A stretch of DNA of 64,000 nt from Isurus oxyrinchus. Its lineage: Eukaryota. Of this stretch, positions 26,331 to 37,239 are shown one piece after another. Where the stretch lies: NCBI GenBank assembly GCA_026770705.1, contig JANJGN010000016.1, forward strand, positions 118,234,001 through 118,298,000, read 5' to 3'. The notes beneath the pieces are model-generated. The model saw nothing but the letters and a program-made list of their open reading frames with translations. It did not search any database and was not told the DNA's origin. A program made the translations under genes and the position numbers. How positions within the stretch are numbered: the stretch's first letter is position 1; the number at the start of each line of letters is the position of its first letter.

Positions 26331-27625
26331 TTGCAACTCTACAATCAGGTTTCCACCCCTACTACAGCATTGAAACAGTCCTAATCAAAGACACAAATGA
26401 CATCCTATATGACTGTGATCGTAGTGCACACACCTTATTATTCTCAATCTGTCTGCAACTTTTGACAAGGTTGATCATACCTCTCCTCCATTGTCCAGCT
26501 GGGCGGCCTGGTTTCATTTTTATCTACCAAATTGTAGCTTGAGAGTGAACTGCAATGGTTCTCTTCCTGTCCCCACACTGCTAACCAGGAGTTTCACAGG
26601 ATCAATCCTTGCCCCCTTCGTATTTCTCCAAAAACATGATGTTAGGTTTCACACGCATGCTGATTGCACCTAGATCTACCTCACCAACACCTCAGTCCCT
26701 TTACTGCATGTTTGTTGTCAGATTGTCATTCAGTTCTGGAAGAATCGCTATTTCCATGAACTAAATATTGGAAAGACCAAACTCATTGTCTCGGGTCTCT
26801 GCCACAAACTCCATTCCCTCTCCACCAATTCCATTCCCCTCCTTGGCCTTTCTCTACCTCAGCTTCGCTGTTCTCTTTGTAACCTCCTCCAGAATTCCAC
26901 GTAACAACTCTAAATTCTTGTACATAGCTGACTCGCTTGTCCTCACCATTAGCAGCCGTGCCTTTAACTGACTAGCTCCTAAGCATTGGAATTCCCTCCT
27001 TAAACTTCTCTATCCCTCAACCTCACTCTGCTGCTTTAAAATTTGCCTTTTAACCAAACTTTTAGCCATCTATCCTAATATCTATCTCTTTGATTCAGTA
27101 TCAGTTTTTGTCTCATTACACTTTTGTCATGCAATTTGGAATGTTTTTCTATGTAAAGGTCCTACATAGATGTAATCCATTGTTGTTGTAACAAATGCCA
27201 TAAGGGTAGGGAAAGTACCTCCCGAGGCATCCAAGACTTGTCTATATTTTGATGGAGTAAGCAGTGAATTTTTCAATCATCCACCAGAAACCCAAGAAAA
27301 CAGAGTATGCTGAACAACTCTGGAATAGAGTGTTTTAATCCTTCTTGAAATCAGTGTTGAAAATGCACAATTTCAAGGTAAGCCGAGTATTTACTGTAAC
27401 CGAATTTATATTCTCTGTTTTTCATTTCATCAGACTGTCAGCAATGTTCACTCAACCAGTTTCTAATATAATGGAGTTCTGCTGTGGCAAACAGGATTTT
27501 GCTGTCAAAGAGTTGCACCGTACTGCAGTGTCATCACATCCTAACTAGGTTTTCCAGCCCTTCACTGTGAATGCATTTCGATCAGTTTGTTTTGAGTATG
27601 CCATGCTTTTGCATATCTTTTCCAG

Positions 27626-27640
27626 ACGTTGCCATAGCAG
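27626..27640 (+). CDS. Candidate 15-nt alternative microexon of KCNT2 (phase 1-1, adds DVAIA)
   Basis: tgccatgcttttgcatatcttttccag|ACGTTGCCATAGCAG|gtatta. Frame-preserving with the phase-1 acceptor at 36957, UGC motifs just upstream, located in a repeat-free island. Confidence 0.35.
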
Positions 27641-29329
27641 GTATTATATCTGGTCTGGCAAAATTGAAGGAAGGGTAGGAGAAATGAACAAGGAAATTAT
27701 AGACCTTTCAGTTTAACGTCTGTTGTGAGGAAGTTATTATTCTCCGTGGGAAACTAAATTGGATAGCCCTTGTAAACAGACATGGGGACAGCAGTTCCTC
27801 TTGCCTGTTCAAGGAAGATCCTTGAAGATCAACTCATTTTAGTAAAGGCAGCAGGAAATTTATTACAGTCTCCACCACTTAATACTGCCAGACTTAACGT
27901 GAGCAGCCACCTGCATAGGGAAAATGGTGCTGGTCAATTAAAGGCGATGCTTCGAACATGTTAAACGTGCCGGCTACTTTGGACACTGTCTGCATTTATT
28001 TAAAAGGATTATTCTGACAGTCCTGCTTCATTCCGTGTCAGTTCAAAAGTCATGGATTAGAGACAATACTGCACTATGATTAGTTTATCACGGAGTAACC
28101 ATGGGGACAGAGCTGGAATCCAGTCGTCCATTTACTTCCTTCTGCATTCCCATTTTCTCTGTGTCTCTAAAAGATGATACTTTGTTTGGATCAGGAATTG
28201 ACTTTGGATCACCCCATGACAAACAGACCAGAATCCATCTCTTAATCACCAAGACAAAGGGAATGCTGTAAATCTTCTGCAGGGACATTTTCCTGAGCAG
28301 TGAGGAGGTCTTGCAAATTGTGGTGACTATTCTTATTAATACTTTTGACCACTCTATTATGGCTTTACTGTCCAATACTTATAGTGGACCAATTGCCTAA
28401 ACACCAACAAAGGGATGGAGATTATACTATTGAGCCTAGATCTTGCTTTGACCAATGGCTAGAACAGCCAAAGATAGCAACACAGTGAATGTAGGTAATG
28501 TGATATTTTCACTGCTTGCAAATCCCAGTTTTTCCACTTAATGATGATAAAGGGATTGCAAACAGCTTGAGGTCTTTACCTGAAGGGTTATTTGTAGACT
28601 TGGCAATTAACATGTCAAGTTACTGCAGAGCAGCAATCAAATAAACAAATAGAATGCTGAACCATATTGCTGAATCAGTAGAACATAAATAATTTGCTGT
28701 CATGCTCCTCAGTGTACAGTGATGTGGTTAGAATGAACCATTAGTGCTGTGAGCAATGTTGATAATGGAAGACTTTCATGCCCTAGAACCAAAGTAGAGA
28801 AGAACATCAAAGCTCATCTCTAGTGTCAGAGGATTGAATTACGAGGAAAGTTTGGAGATGTTTGAGCTTTTCAGCCTTGAACAAAAGCACCTAATAAGAA
28901 ACTTCAATAGGCATACACAGAATAGTAAACCATATAGAAAAGATAATTATGGAGCTTTAAGGAAACCTTAACAGGATTGTTAGGTGAGTGCTGAACTCAT
29001 TACATATGTCAAAAGAGAACTGAACTAGTTCCTATCTGGAGCAAACACCACAGTATACAAAATGTTGTTGGGATACTTAGTAATATAAATTCTGGATAAT
29101 GTGGTCTCTTGGGTTAGTTTGATAGCCTTTAAATTTGTTTTACCTAAATTGACCTTAGGTTTTTGATCTGTTTCTTTTTCCTCTCCCAGGAGATTATGTG
29201 GCACTGCTGTCAGAGCTGTTCTGAATAATAGGCTTGTGCAGCCTGCTCAATGTACCAGCTGGTTCCTATCTATTATTTATGTGCATGGGCATGACTAGGA
29301 AAGAATAACACTATTGTATAAAAGAAATA

Positions 29330-29740
29330 AAGACATGGATTTATATATCATCTCCACAATCTTAGGATGTCCCAACGCACTTTATAACGAATGAAGCATT
29401 TTTGGGGAATACTCACTGTTATAGGAAACATAGCAGCCAATTTGTGCACAGCAAGGCCCGTTGGATAGTAATGTGATAATGGGCAGATAGACTGTTTTCA
29501 GTGATGTTGGCTCAGGGATAAATGTTGGCTAGACGATCTATTCTGCTCCTCCTCAAGTAGTGCTGCGGGATCTCTCAACATTCACTTGAAAGGGCTCGGT
29601 TTAATATTTCTTCTAAAAGGCAGCACCTCCAGCAGCACTACCTCAGTACTGCACTTGAGTCCCAGTCTAGATAATATGCTTAAGTCTGGAGTGCAACCTG
29701 AACCCAAAATTTCCTGACTCAGAGGTGAAAGTGCTCACAA
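29330..29740 (-). mobile_element. DeuSINE-like element (tRNA-like head, Deu domain, L2-like tail)
   Basis: ctcggtttaatatttc...gcagcactacctcagtactgcac matches the Deu-domain-like segment at 4080-4160. tRNA-like head at 29690-29740. Confidence 0.6.
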
Positions 29741-30849
29741 TGAGTCACAGCTTTTGCAATGTTTATGCAAAACTAAGAACGGAATCCATGAAATTAAAAT
29801 GGCCCAATTATGCCCTAGCCTTGAACCCAGTTTCATCTGAGGCTTGCACTTGTTCAAGACTCCTTTTGCATCATGAAAGATGAACAAATAATATGAAATT
29901 AAATTTTTGAAAAAAATAAAAATAGAACGTATGACTTTAATTGGTGTTGAAATAAAAACGGGACAATGTTGGAAGTACACATCAGGTTAGTGAGCATCTG
30001 GAAGAAGAAAAAAATATGTTGTTGCCCGATATTAGTGAACTAAATTTTCAGACCAGAAGGTTACAAAATGCCTTGCAGGAAAGCAAGGCATAGTTCTTGA
30101 AGTTTGCACTAAGATTTGTTACAAGTATAATTGAAGAAAGCATTTTCATTTATATCGTGCTTTCACATGTTCATGATGGTACCATGCAACATAGAATCAC
30201 TTTAAATTTGCAGTCCCAGTTGCATGGAGGCAAACGTAGTGACAAAATTGGGCACTCGAAACTCCCATAAAAGCCATGAGATGAGTCATCACGCAATCCA
30301 TTTTGGTGCTCTTATCTTTCAGTTCTCTAGTCTGAACATTAACTTTCGTAACTTAAGACTTTTAAATATGGCCTACATTTTCCTCTCAGCATTGGCTGTT
30401 TGTGGGTTGAGTCTGTTCTCAGTTGGTGTCTGGGAGTGGGTTGGGGGCAGTGGGGAGGCAGGCTGATGTCTGTGGTACAGATTTTTCATCAGAACACAAT
30501 TCTGGTGATTGAACCCATGTTATTGATATATTCTTTCTGTACTTGGAATTGACAGCCCTGTTGTATTTTGCTTTCGTTTTCAGTTTGAATTTCAAATCTG
30601 CTGCATATGCAGCTTACTTTTCTGTTGTTTCTCCTTATTACACATCTATTCATTTGTTCTCCCATGTCTCCAAACGCCCACACACAAACACACAATATGG
30701 GAAACTTTTGTCCTTTTTATGTCGCTGCACGGTTAAATCTTTTATATCATCTAATAGTTTTCTACAAAGCAATTTGTAGCTCATTTAACCCATCTCCCTC
30801 TTTCTATAATTGGCATATCTTCTAATTCTTTCCCATCTCCATCCCCTTT

Positions 30850-31280
30850 TTAATCGAATCCTACACCACAGGAGGCTGCTCAGCCCATCATTCATGTGCT
30901 GACTCTTTGAAAGTGCCACTCCCCTGTACTTCACCCAAAGCCTTGCAAATTTTTCTTGTTCAGGTATTAATCAAATTCCCTTTTAAAATTTATTGTTGAA
31001 TCTTCTCACCATCCTCCCAAACCATATATTTCAATCATAAAAAATTGCTAGATAACAATATTTCTCCTCATCTCCTCTCTGGTCCTTTTGCCAATTATCT
31101 TGAATCCGTATCCTCTGGCTACCAACCCACACACCAGAGGAAGCAGTTTCTCCTTACTTCTATCAAAATCCCTCAGAATTTTGAATACCTCGATCAACTC
31201 TGCATTTAACCTTTTCTGCTTTAAGGCGAAAAATGCCCGCTTCTCCAGTCTTTTCACATAACTGAAGTCCTTCACCTTTC
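30850..31280 (-). mobile_element. CR1 LINE 3' fragment
   Basis: ORF 31048-31290 SYVKRLEKRAFFALKQKRLNAELIEVFKILRDFD is the CR1 ORF2 C-terminus. Confidence 0.75.
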
Positions 31281-31314
31281 TTCTTGACATTTTTCTAATT
31301 TTACCTGCTTCTCC

Positions 31315-31430
31315 TTCTTTCAGCCTTCAGTTCTGATGAAGGGTCATGCATGTGAAATATAAATTACCTACCTTTCTCGGCACAGATGCTGACTGGCGGC
31401 GGCTGCCAATTTCCAGCATTTACAGTTTTT
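31315..31430 (+). mobile_element. Old Penelope terminal-repeat fragment with a hammerhead-like core (CTGATGAAGGGTC...GAAA); a second decayed copy at ~31630-31728
   Basis: agttCTGATGAAGGGTCatgcatgtGAAAtat followed by cacagatgctgac...ttccagcattt. Confidence 0.55.
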
Positions 31431-34400
31431 CCTCTTTAGAATGCCCAACAGGTTGTTTGATTCAGGACTCCGCTAATCTTTGACTTATAGCTAAGCAAAT
31501 GGGGCATCTTTTGAAAGGACAGTGATGACAACTTTAATTTGAAGAAGTGTGAAGGACGTTTTTTGCCCTACCGTTTGACACTGGAGATATGTTAGTCTGT
31601 AGACTGCAGGCCAGGTGCTTTGACCCACAGATGCTGAAAATACTCATTAACCTGAAATATTAACTCCATTTCCTTTCTCCTCAGATGCTGCCTGACCTCC
31701 TGAGGGTCTCCAGCACTTTTTTGCTTTGACCTGTAGGACAGCTAGCAATCTCAATATTCAATCCAATTATGCTTCGTCACCTAGCTTGTGCAAGAACTGC
31801 ACAGGATGAAAAGTAATATTCATTCAGCTGTTGTCATTGTCAAAGTGCTCCTTTGCATATTTGAGGCTGGTTTGATTGACAGCATAATTGTGTTAAACCC
31901 AAGTAAAGACAGAAGGAAGTAACCCAAATTGCAACAGTGTCACTGCAAACCTGATCAATTGAAGATTGGACTACAGGCCTTGAATAAAATTGATTGATCA
32001 TAGCTACATTATTGAATTCTTCAGAGCAGTGTCATTTTCTAAAGTGACCACCAGTTAATCAGTAGAAAAGGGGCACAAATGAAGCTTCCTTTCACTTCTG
32101 TGTGGTTTGTCTGAACCTGATAATACATGTTCTTAATCATCATAATTTCGACCTACCTTTCCAACATTGAGAAGGAACTTCCCTAAAAGGATAAAGTAGT
32201 CTTTGTCCATTGCCAGAATTACTCACTAAATACATTTCACATCAATGAAATCCTAGTGCTCCCTGTGCTTAAAAAGTACTGCAATTTCCCATATCCCACA
32301 TATTTCACTTTAAGTAGGGTCATTGGTGCCATATGCTAGGAGATGAACATTTAAAATTTCATGTACGTTGAAGCAAGAGATCAAAGGCTTTAATTTGTTC
32401 TGTGAAAGAAACTCCGCCAACTTTCTGCTTTAGAACTAGCAGGTATGTAAAAATGTTCCTACAAATACAGCATCATATATCTTTCCTAAAATTTAAGGTA
32501 TGTACAATGTCAGTTATTTGTAAGAATAAACAAGCAGCACAAGCAATCTTGAGGTTTGTGTTTTGCAATGCTTGTTTGTTATTGCCTTAAATTCAACTAG
32601 CTGCATGGTTTCAGGAAAACATTCTGTCATTGCATGTTCAGTAAGTTACATTTTGGGTCATTGAACACTAGACACAAAACTATTTTACCCAATTAAGGAT
32701 TTCAGCTGCAGGCATCACTTAAAGCGTTGATAACTTTTACAAAGGGCACATTTTGTATTTACTGTTTAAAGGCTGAACAAACTTGCACTACAGTGATATG
32801 CATCTGAACACTAATTCATTGCAAAATACTCAAAAATGATCTCCCACTAGGCCTGACAAATACTCCTGACTCACCATCATTCTAAAAAAAAAACGAATGA
32901 GCTTGCTTTGATAACGACTTTACTGCTGTCAGTTAGTCTGACTGCCTACTTAACAAACAGTCTACCATACTGAAACCTTTGGGATATTTCCTGCTATATA
33001 ATTTATGAGCGTTGTTTGTCTTCGAGAATCAGTGATACTTGATTCTTATCAAAAAATACTCTGCCTATTAAAAAGAAAGTATATAGCATTTGGTAGCTTG
33101 TTAAAAATCAAAACCCTTCAATCTTTTTAAAGACATCTGCTGGAGAATTGTACAGAAACATTGTATTTCTCTCACCATACATGGGAAGCAATTGCTTCTT
33201 CTTGAGGTATCTTTTGCCAGCTTGTGGGCCAGTAAGAATGCTATAATACTTGGCAGGTAATTGGGGATTCGAAATAACACATTCCCTTTTTTTTCTGTTA
33301 ATTTAAGTTCCTAGTGCAGCTTTGAAGAGAAAAAATCAATTTTGTATTTTTTAAGGTGGTCATTTGTAGTTTAGTTCATTCATGGGATGGCTTTCTGTAC
33401 TGTGGGTGCTATTTGTTGTCTACAGGAACATTTGGGCCAATGTAAATCAGGTTGTGAGATGATGACTGGAGTGTAAACTGCACTGGGAAACTGACTGTCA
33501 CCTTCTGCCACATATATTTATTTATATGTGCTTTTTTTTTGTATTTTCAGAATTCAAATTTCTATAGCGTTTTAAGATTATTAGCTCATTACTGCAAAGA
33601 AGGCTCACATTGCAATTTATTTATAAACACTTCATGTTGCAGATTTTCAAGGTTGATCATCAAAAGAGGGAAAGCAGTTTACTGATTCCCAAAGGATGGT
33701 GTGATGACATTAATTGCAATAACCTCATTATCTGCTTGCTTGCCTAAGCTGCGTAACAAATGATGATTGCTGTTGAAGAAGAATATTTGAATAAAATTCA
33801 GACCATAGATTGGGAGCATGCAAAAATTATACCGTTAAAATTCAAAGTTAGGATTTAACAAATTTAATGAGGCCAACGTTTGAGCGTGGAATGGCTTCCA
33901 GTAGACTGTCACAGATGGAGATACCGGATGGCCAAGACATTCAGTTTATATCAGTCAAAACCAGGGACATTTCTCACTAAACAGTTGGAGTCTTAAAACA
34001 AGGTACTTCACATCGTAGAAGAGAATTGCAGGGCATTTGCACAATAACTAACAATGGTAGGTCTGACATTATGATTATAGTGTGAATGCAGCCTGGATCC
34101 AACCTGTGCATCAGAATGGGTTCGAGCTCTGTCCCCATGGATAACACTATAAACTTGGCAACAGTGTGCAACAGTTTTAGCTCTAAACCAAAGCTATCAC
34201 TGGAGTTTTTATACTCCCACTATAGTATAAGGGTATCTGGCATAGCAAGGGTTAATGTGGGACCACCCACAGTGTGATTTAAAGAGACACATGACCTGAG
34301 ACTAGAGTCAGTTGCGGACTGGACAGAGACCTGTGTAGAAGCAAGCTTGGAGTTAGCTCAGAACCTCTGTGAGGCTTACTGAACATACAACACCCACTAA

Positions 34401-35904
34401 TATGTAACATTGGACCACCAGGAAAATAGACAGTATGCACTGTCGAAACTATTCCAAACACACTTAGTCACTATCACTGCAAAAAAATACATAGAAACCA
34501 CTAGCGTATCACTGAAAAAAAAATGCATTTTATATGCAATGAATACCAGCAATGAAGCTTCAGCCAAAGATAGCCAGATATTTGACTGATGTCAATGGAA
34601 AAGAAAATCAGGTGGGTGTAAGATGGGCAAACAATTCACTAATGCCAGCTTAATACAACTATTGAAAACTAATTTCACCTCTTATTTGTTTTAGTTCAGA
34701 TTGTTGTCTAGCATTTGAAGATTATTGTTTGTTATCTCAGTGCTGATTTTAATGCAAACTTTATTTCACTATATCTTTTTAATAGTAGAACCTGAATATT
34801 CTGGCGGTATAACCATGGCCATAAGAAAGGTACTAACTGAAAAACAAAGCAAAACAATAAAAGTTCTCGCTTGTATTTATTTACCACCTTTCATGACCCT
34901 ATGATGTCCCAAAGTGCTTTAAAATTTACTGTAGTGCAGCCCAGCAGATTAAAACCTGTTTATGAAATGTTTACCATCCTCTTGGCAGAAATGAAATCCT
35001 GTCGACACTAAAATAAGAATTTTTTGTATGAATTTACCATGCTTTTATCTGATGTACTTTGAAGTAAAACAGCCGATATCACTTATTTTCATCTGAACGC
35101 TAAGATTGATTCTTCTGAAGGAATGTACCAGTTTTATTGAAGTAACAAATCTTATATTACAGATATAGCAGAGGTGGCTTGTGTGAATAGCTCTGTTAAC
35201 ACGACTCGTATATTTTTTTGGTGAGGCCCCACAGCAGGGTGGCTTTATTCAGGAGATCCTGTGCTCAAAAGGTAGATGATAGCTTGACCTTTGTTGAAGA
35301 GGGTGCTGGGAATGTATTAAATGGGATTTAGGGAATCGCTTGCAAATGTATTGAACAACACAAGGCAGTAGGAAAGGTCAAAGGAAAGGTTGCAAAACAG
35401 TTTGTCGTCAACAGATTGGGATACCACAAACATTACAGCAGACTTTAACGTATGTAATGAATTGCAGTGGTTTATGACAATATATTCTATTCTATGTAAC
35501 CTTTTAATCTGGGTAATGTAACATAAACATTCAATCCTAAACTGGCTTTGGAGGTTAAAAGGCTTTACTGTAGCCAGAGCATGTAATGAATACCTAATGA
35601 AGGTATATACAATATGGAATCCGGTTTCCTCCAGATTCACTCTTCCACCTACAGGACCTAGGACGTCTAAAAATACATAGAAATTAAATGAGTTCTCTAT
35701 AAAGTTCACCCACAGCTGGGTTCTATGAAAGAGCGTAAATAAAGAAGACTTGTGTTTCATTCAGTGCAAATAAGTGAGTATTTAACTTAGTTAATGAATT
35801 TATAATTCATGAATCTGCAGTGTGATATTTCTTGACCTGACTGAAGCACAAATGAGATGTGGCTGATGATCAGCACTGATCAACAGCATAAAGGGGATAA
35901 CATA

Positions 35905-36184
35905 GGGAAAGATGTTCCCCTTGTCAGCCGGGCACACAGCGGGTGGGCCTGCCTATTGTAAGGTGACCGTACATGCGCCAAACGTAAGGTTGACGGGCAG
36001 GGAAAAATTCATTTTAATTAATGGGCTTAACAGCCCTCTTGATTGTCAGCAGACATGCCGCTGACTCCCTCGCGTGCTGGCCAACTGAAATATCGCGCGG
36101 GTGCAATGACTTTGGGACGCTCGCCCAACGTCATCACGCGCTATTTCATGCTCGTGTGCCGGGCGCGTGCTGAAAATCCAGCCC
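35905..36184. mobile_element. Short Harbinger-type MITE related to 3316-4041
   Basis: Ends gggaaagatgtt / aaaatccagccc with TSD ATA (35902-35904, 36185-36187). Interior matches 3820-4020. Confidence 0.7.
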
Positions 36185-36609
36185 ATAAACTGCCATTCAT
36201 AACACTTTACTCAGAATGGAGAGAAGGTGATCTGGGTTGGGGGAATGAATATGTCATTGTTCAGATTTCAGTTTCTTTTTAACAAAAGATGTGGTTACTC
36301 CAAAAAAATGGAAGTGATCAATTTAATTATTTACTGTTTATTTATGAGGGACTGTGATTTTAGGAATAAATTTGTTCCTTAGTACTTAATGGTCACTTTG
36401 ATTAGAAAACAATGGTTAGAAAACATTCCTCTTATCAAAACATCTTTAGCTGTAATAAAATTATTTCATATTTCTACTAATGTAAGTAATTATCCATTTT
36501 GTGTCAATGTATAGCAGCTACACAATAAAGTTAATTTATTTTTAAGTTTCCTATACTATACAGTGGTCTATGTAAATGCCTTGAGAGCAACTTAATTTGA
36601 TACTGGCTT

Positions 36610-36880
36610 TTTTTTATTCGTTATTGTGATATGAGCAATGTTGGTAAGACTACATTTATCATCCATCGCTGTTTCCCCTTGAATTGTTTGATTCCTTTGA
36701 TCTGGATGGTAATGGTATTAGGTAGAGAATTTCTGGATAATGATGCAGCGATGATGAAGGAATGATAATATCTGCCCATTTCAGGATGTTGAGGGGAATT
36801 TGGAGGTATTGATACTCCCACAACATTGCCACCTCTAACACTCAAAAGGAGAGGAGCTGCAAAGGGGCAGGAATATACTG
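36610..36880 (-). mobile_element. Degenerate CR1-like LINE 3' fragment just upstream of the KCNT2 exon
   Basis: Homologous to 13950-14240. Confidence 0.5.
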
Positions 36881-36956
36881 TTGAGTTAAGGACACAGGGG
36901 CATTGCTTACCTTGACCAGCACATGTGACTGCCAATGTCCTCCCTTTTTTTTTTAG

Positions 36957-37041
36957 ATGAATTGAATGATCACCAGAACACTCTATCATATATTCTCATC
37001 AATCCTTCGCCAGATATAAGACTGGAACTAAATGATGTTGT
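36957..37041 (+). CDS. KCNT2: KCNT2 (Slick / KNa1.2 sodium-activated K+ channel), penultimate coding exon (85 nt)
   Basis: Polypyrimidine tract and ttttag acceptor, GT|gtaagt donor. Translates (D)[27 protein letters not shown](V), closely matching the recalled mammalian KCNT2 segment [29 protein letters not shown]. Splices in frame to the exon at 40685. Confidence 0.93.
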
Positions 37042-37239
37042 GTAAGTATTACATTTTTTCCCCCGGATATTAGATGGCATACCAACAGTTTCCAGCCAAT
37101 CAACTTTGAGCTGAAAGCTATAAGAGAGTTGCAGAATTTGTTAGGGTGCCAGAGTGCAAACTCTGACTCATTCTCTGGTCCAGTTCACGTTCTAGAATAA
37201 TCATGCCGTACACAACAATTCTCAAGTTCACATCTTCCT

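Larger units (their letters stand above)
22830..27190 (+). mobile_element. Fragmented L2 LINE hosting a solo LTR, a CR1-like piece (~23890-24215, -) and a Gypsy fragment
   Basis: QSGFHPYHSFETFLIK.TND motif, DLSATFDKVDH-like text near 26445-26480, QGSILAP and HADCT.IYL remnants, L2 3' tail ending ttgttgttg at ~27189. Confidence 0.65.

Noticed and set aside
27288-27377. Possible 90-nt exon with a strong AAG|gtaag donor
   Set aside because: Stop codons in all three frames.
33133-33256. Open AG...GT segment
   Set aside because: Lengths of 74 or 124 nt do not preserve frame, and the peptide is unrecognisable.
35317-35760. 147-aa - strand ORF in a repeat-poor region
   Set aside because: No recognisable domain or splice context; compatible with a chance ORF.
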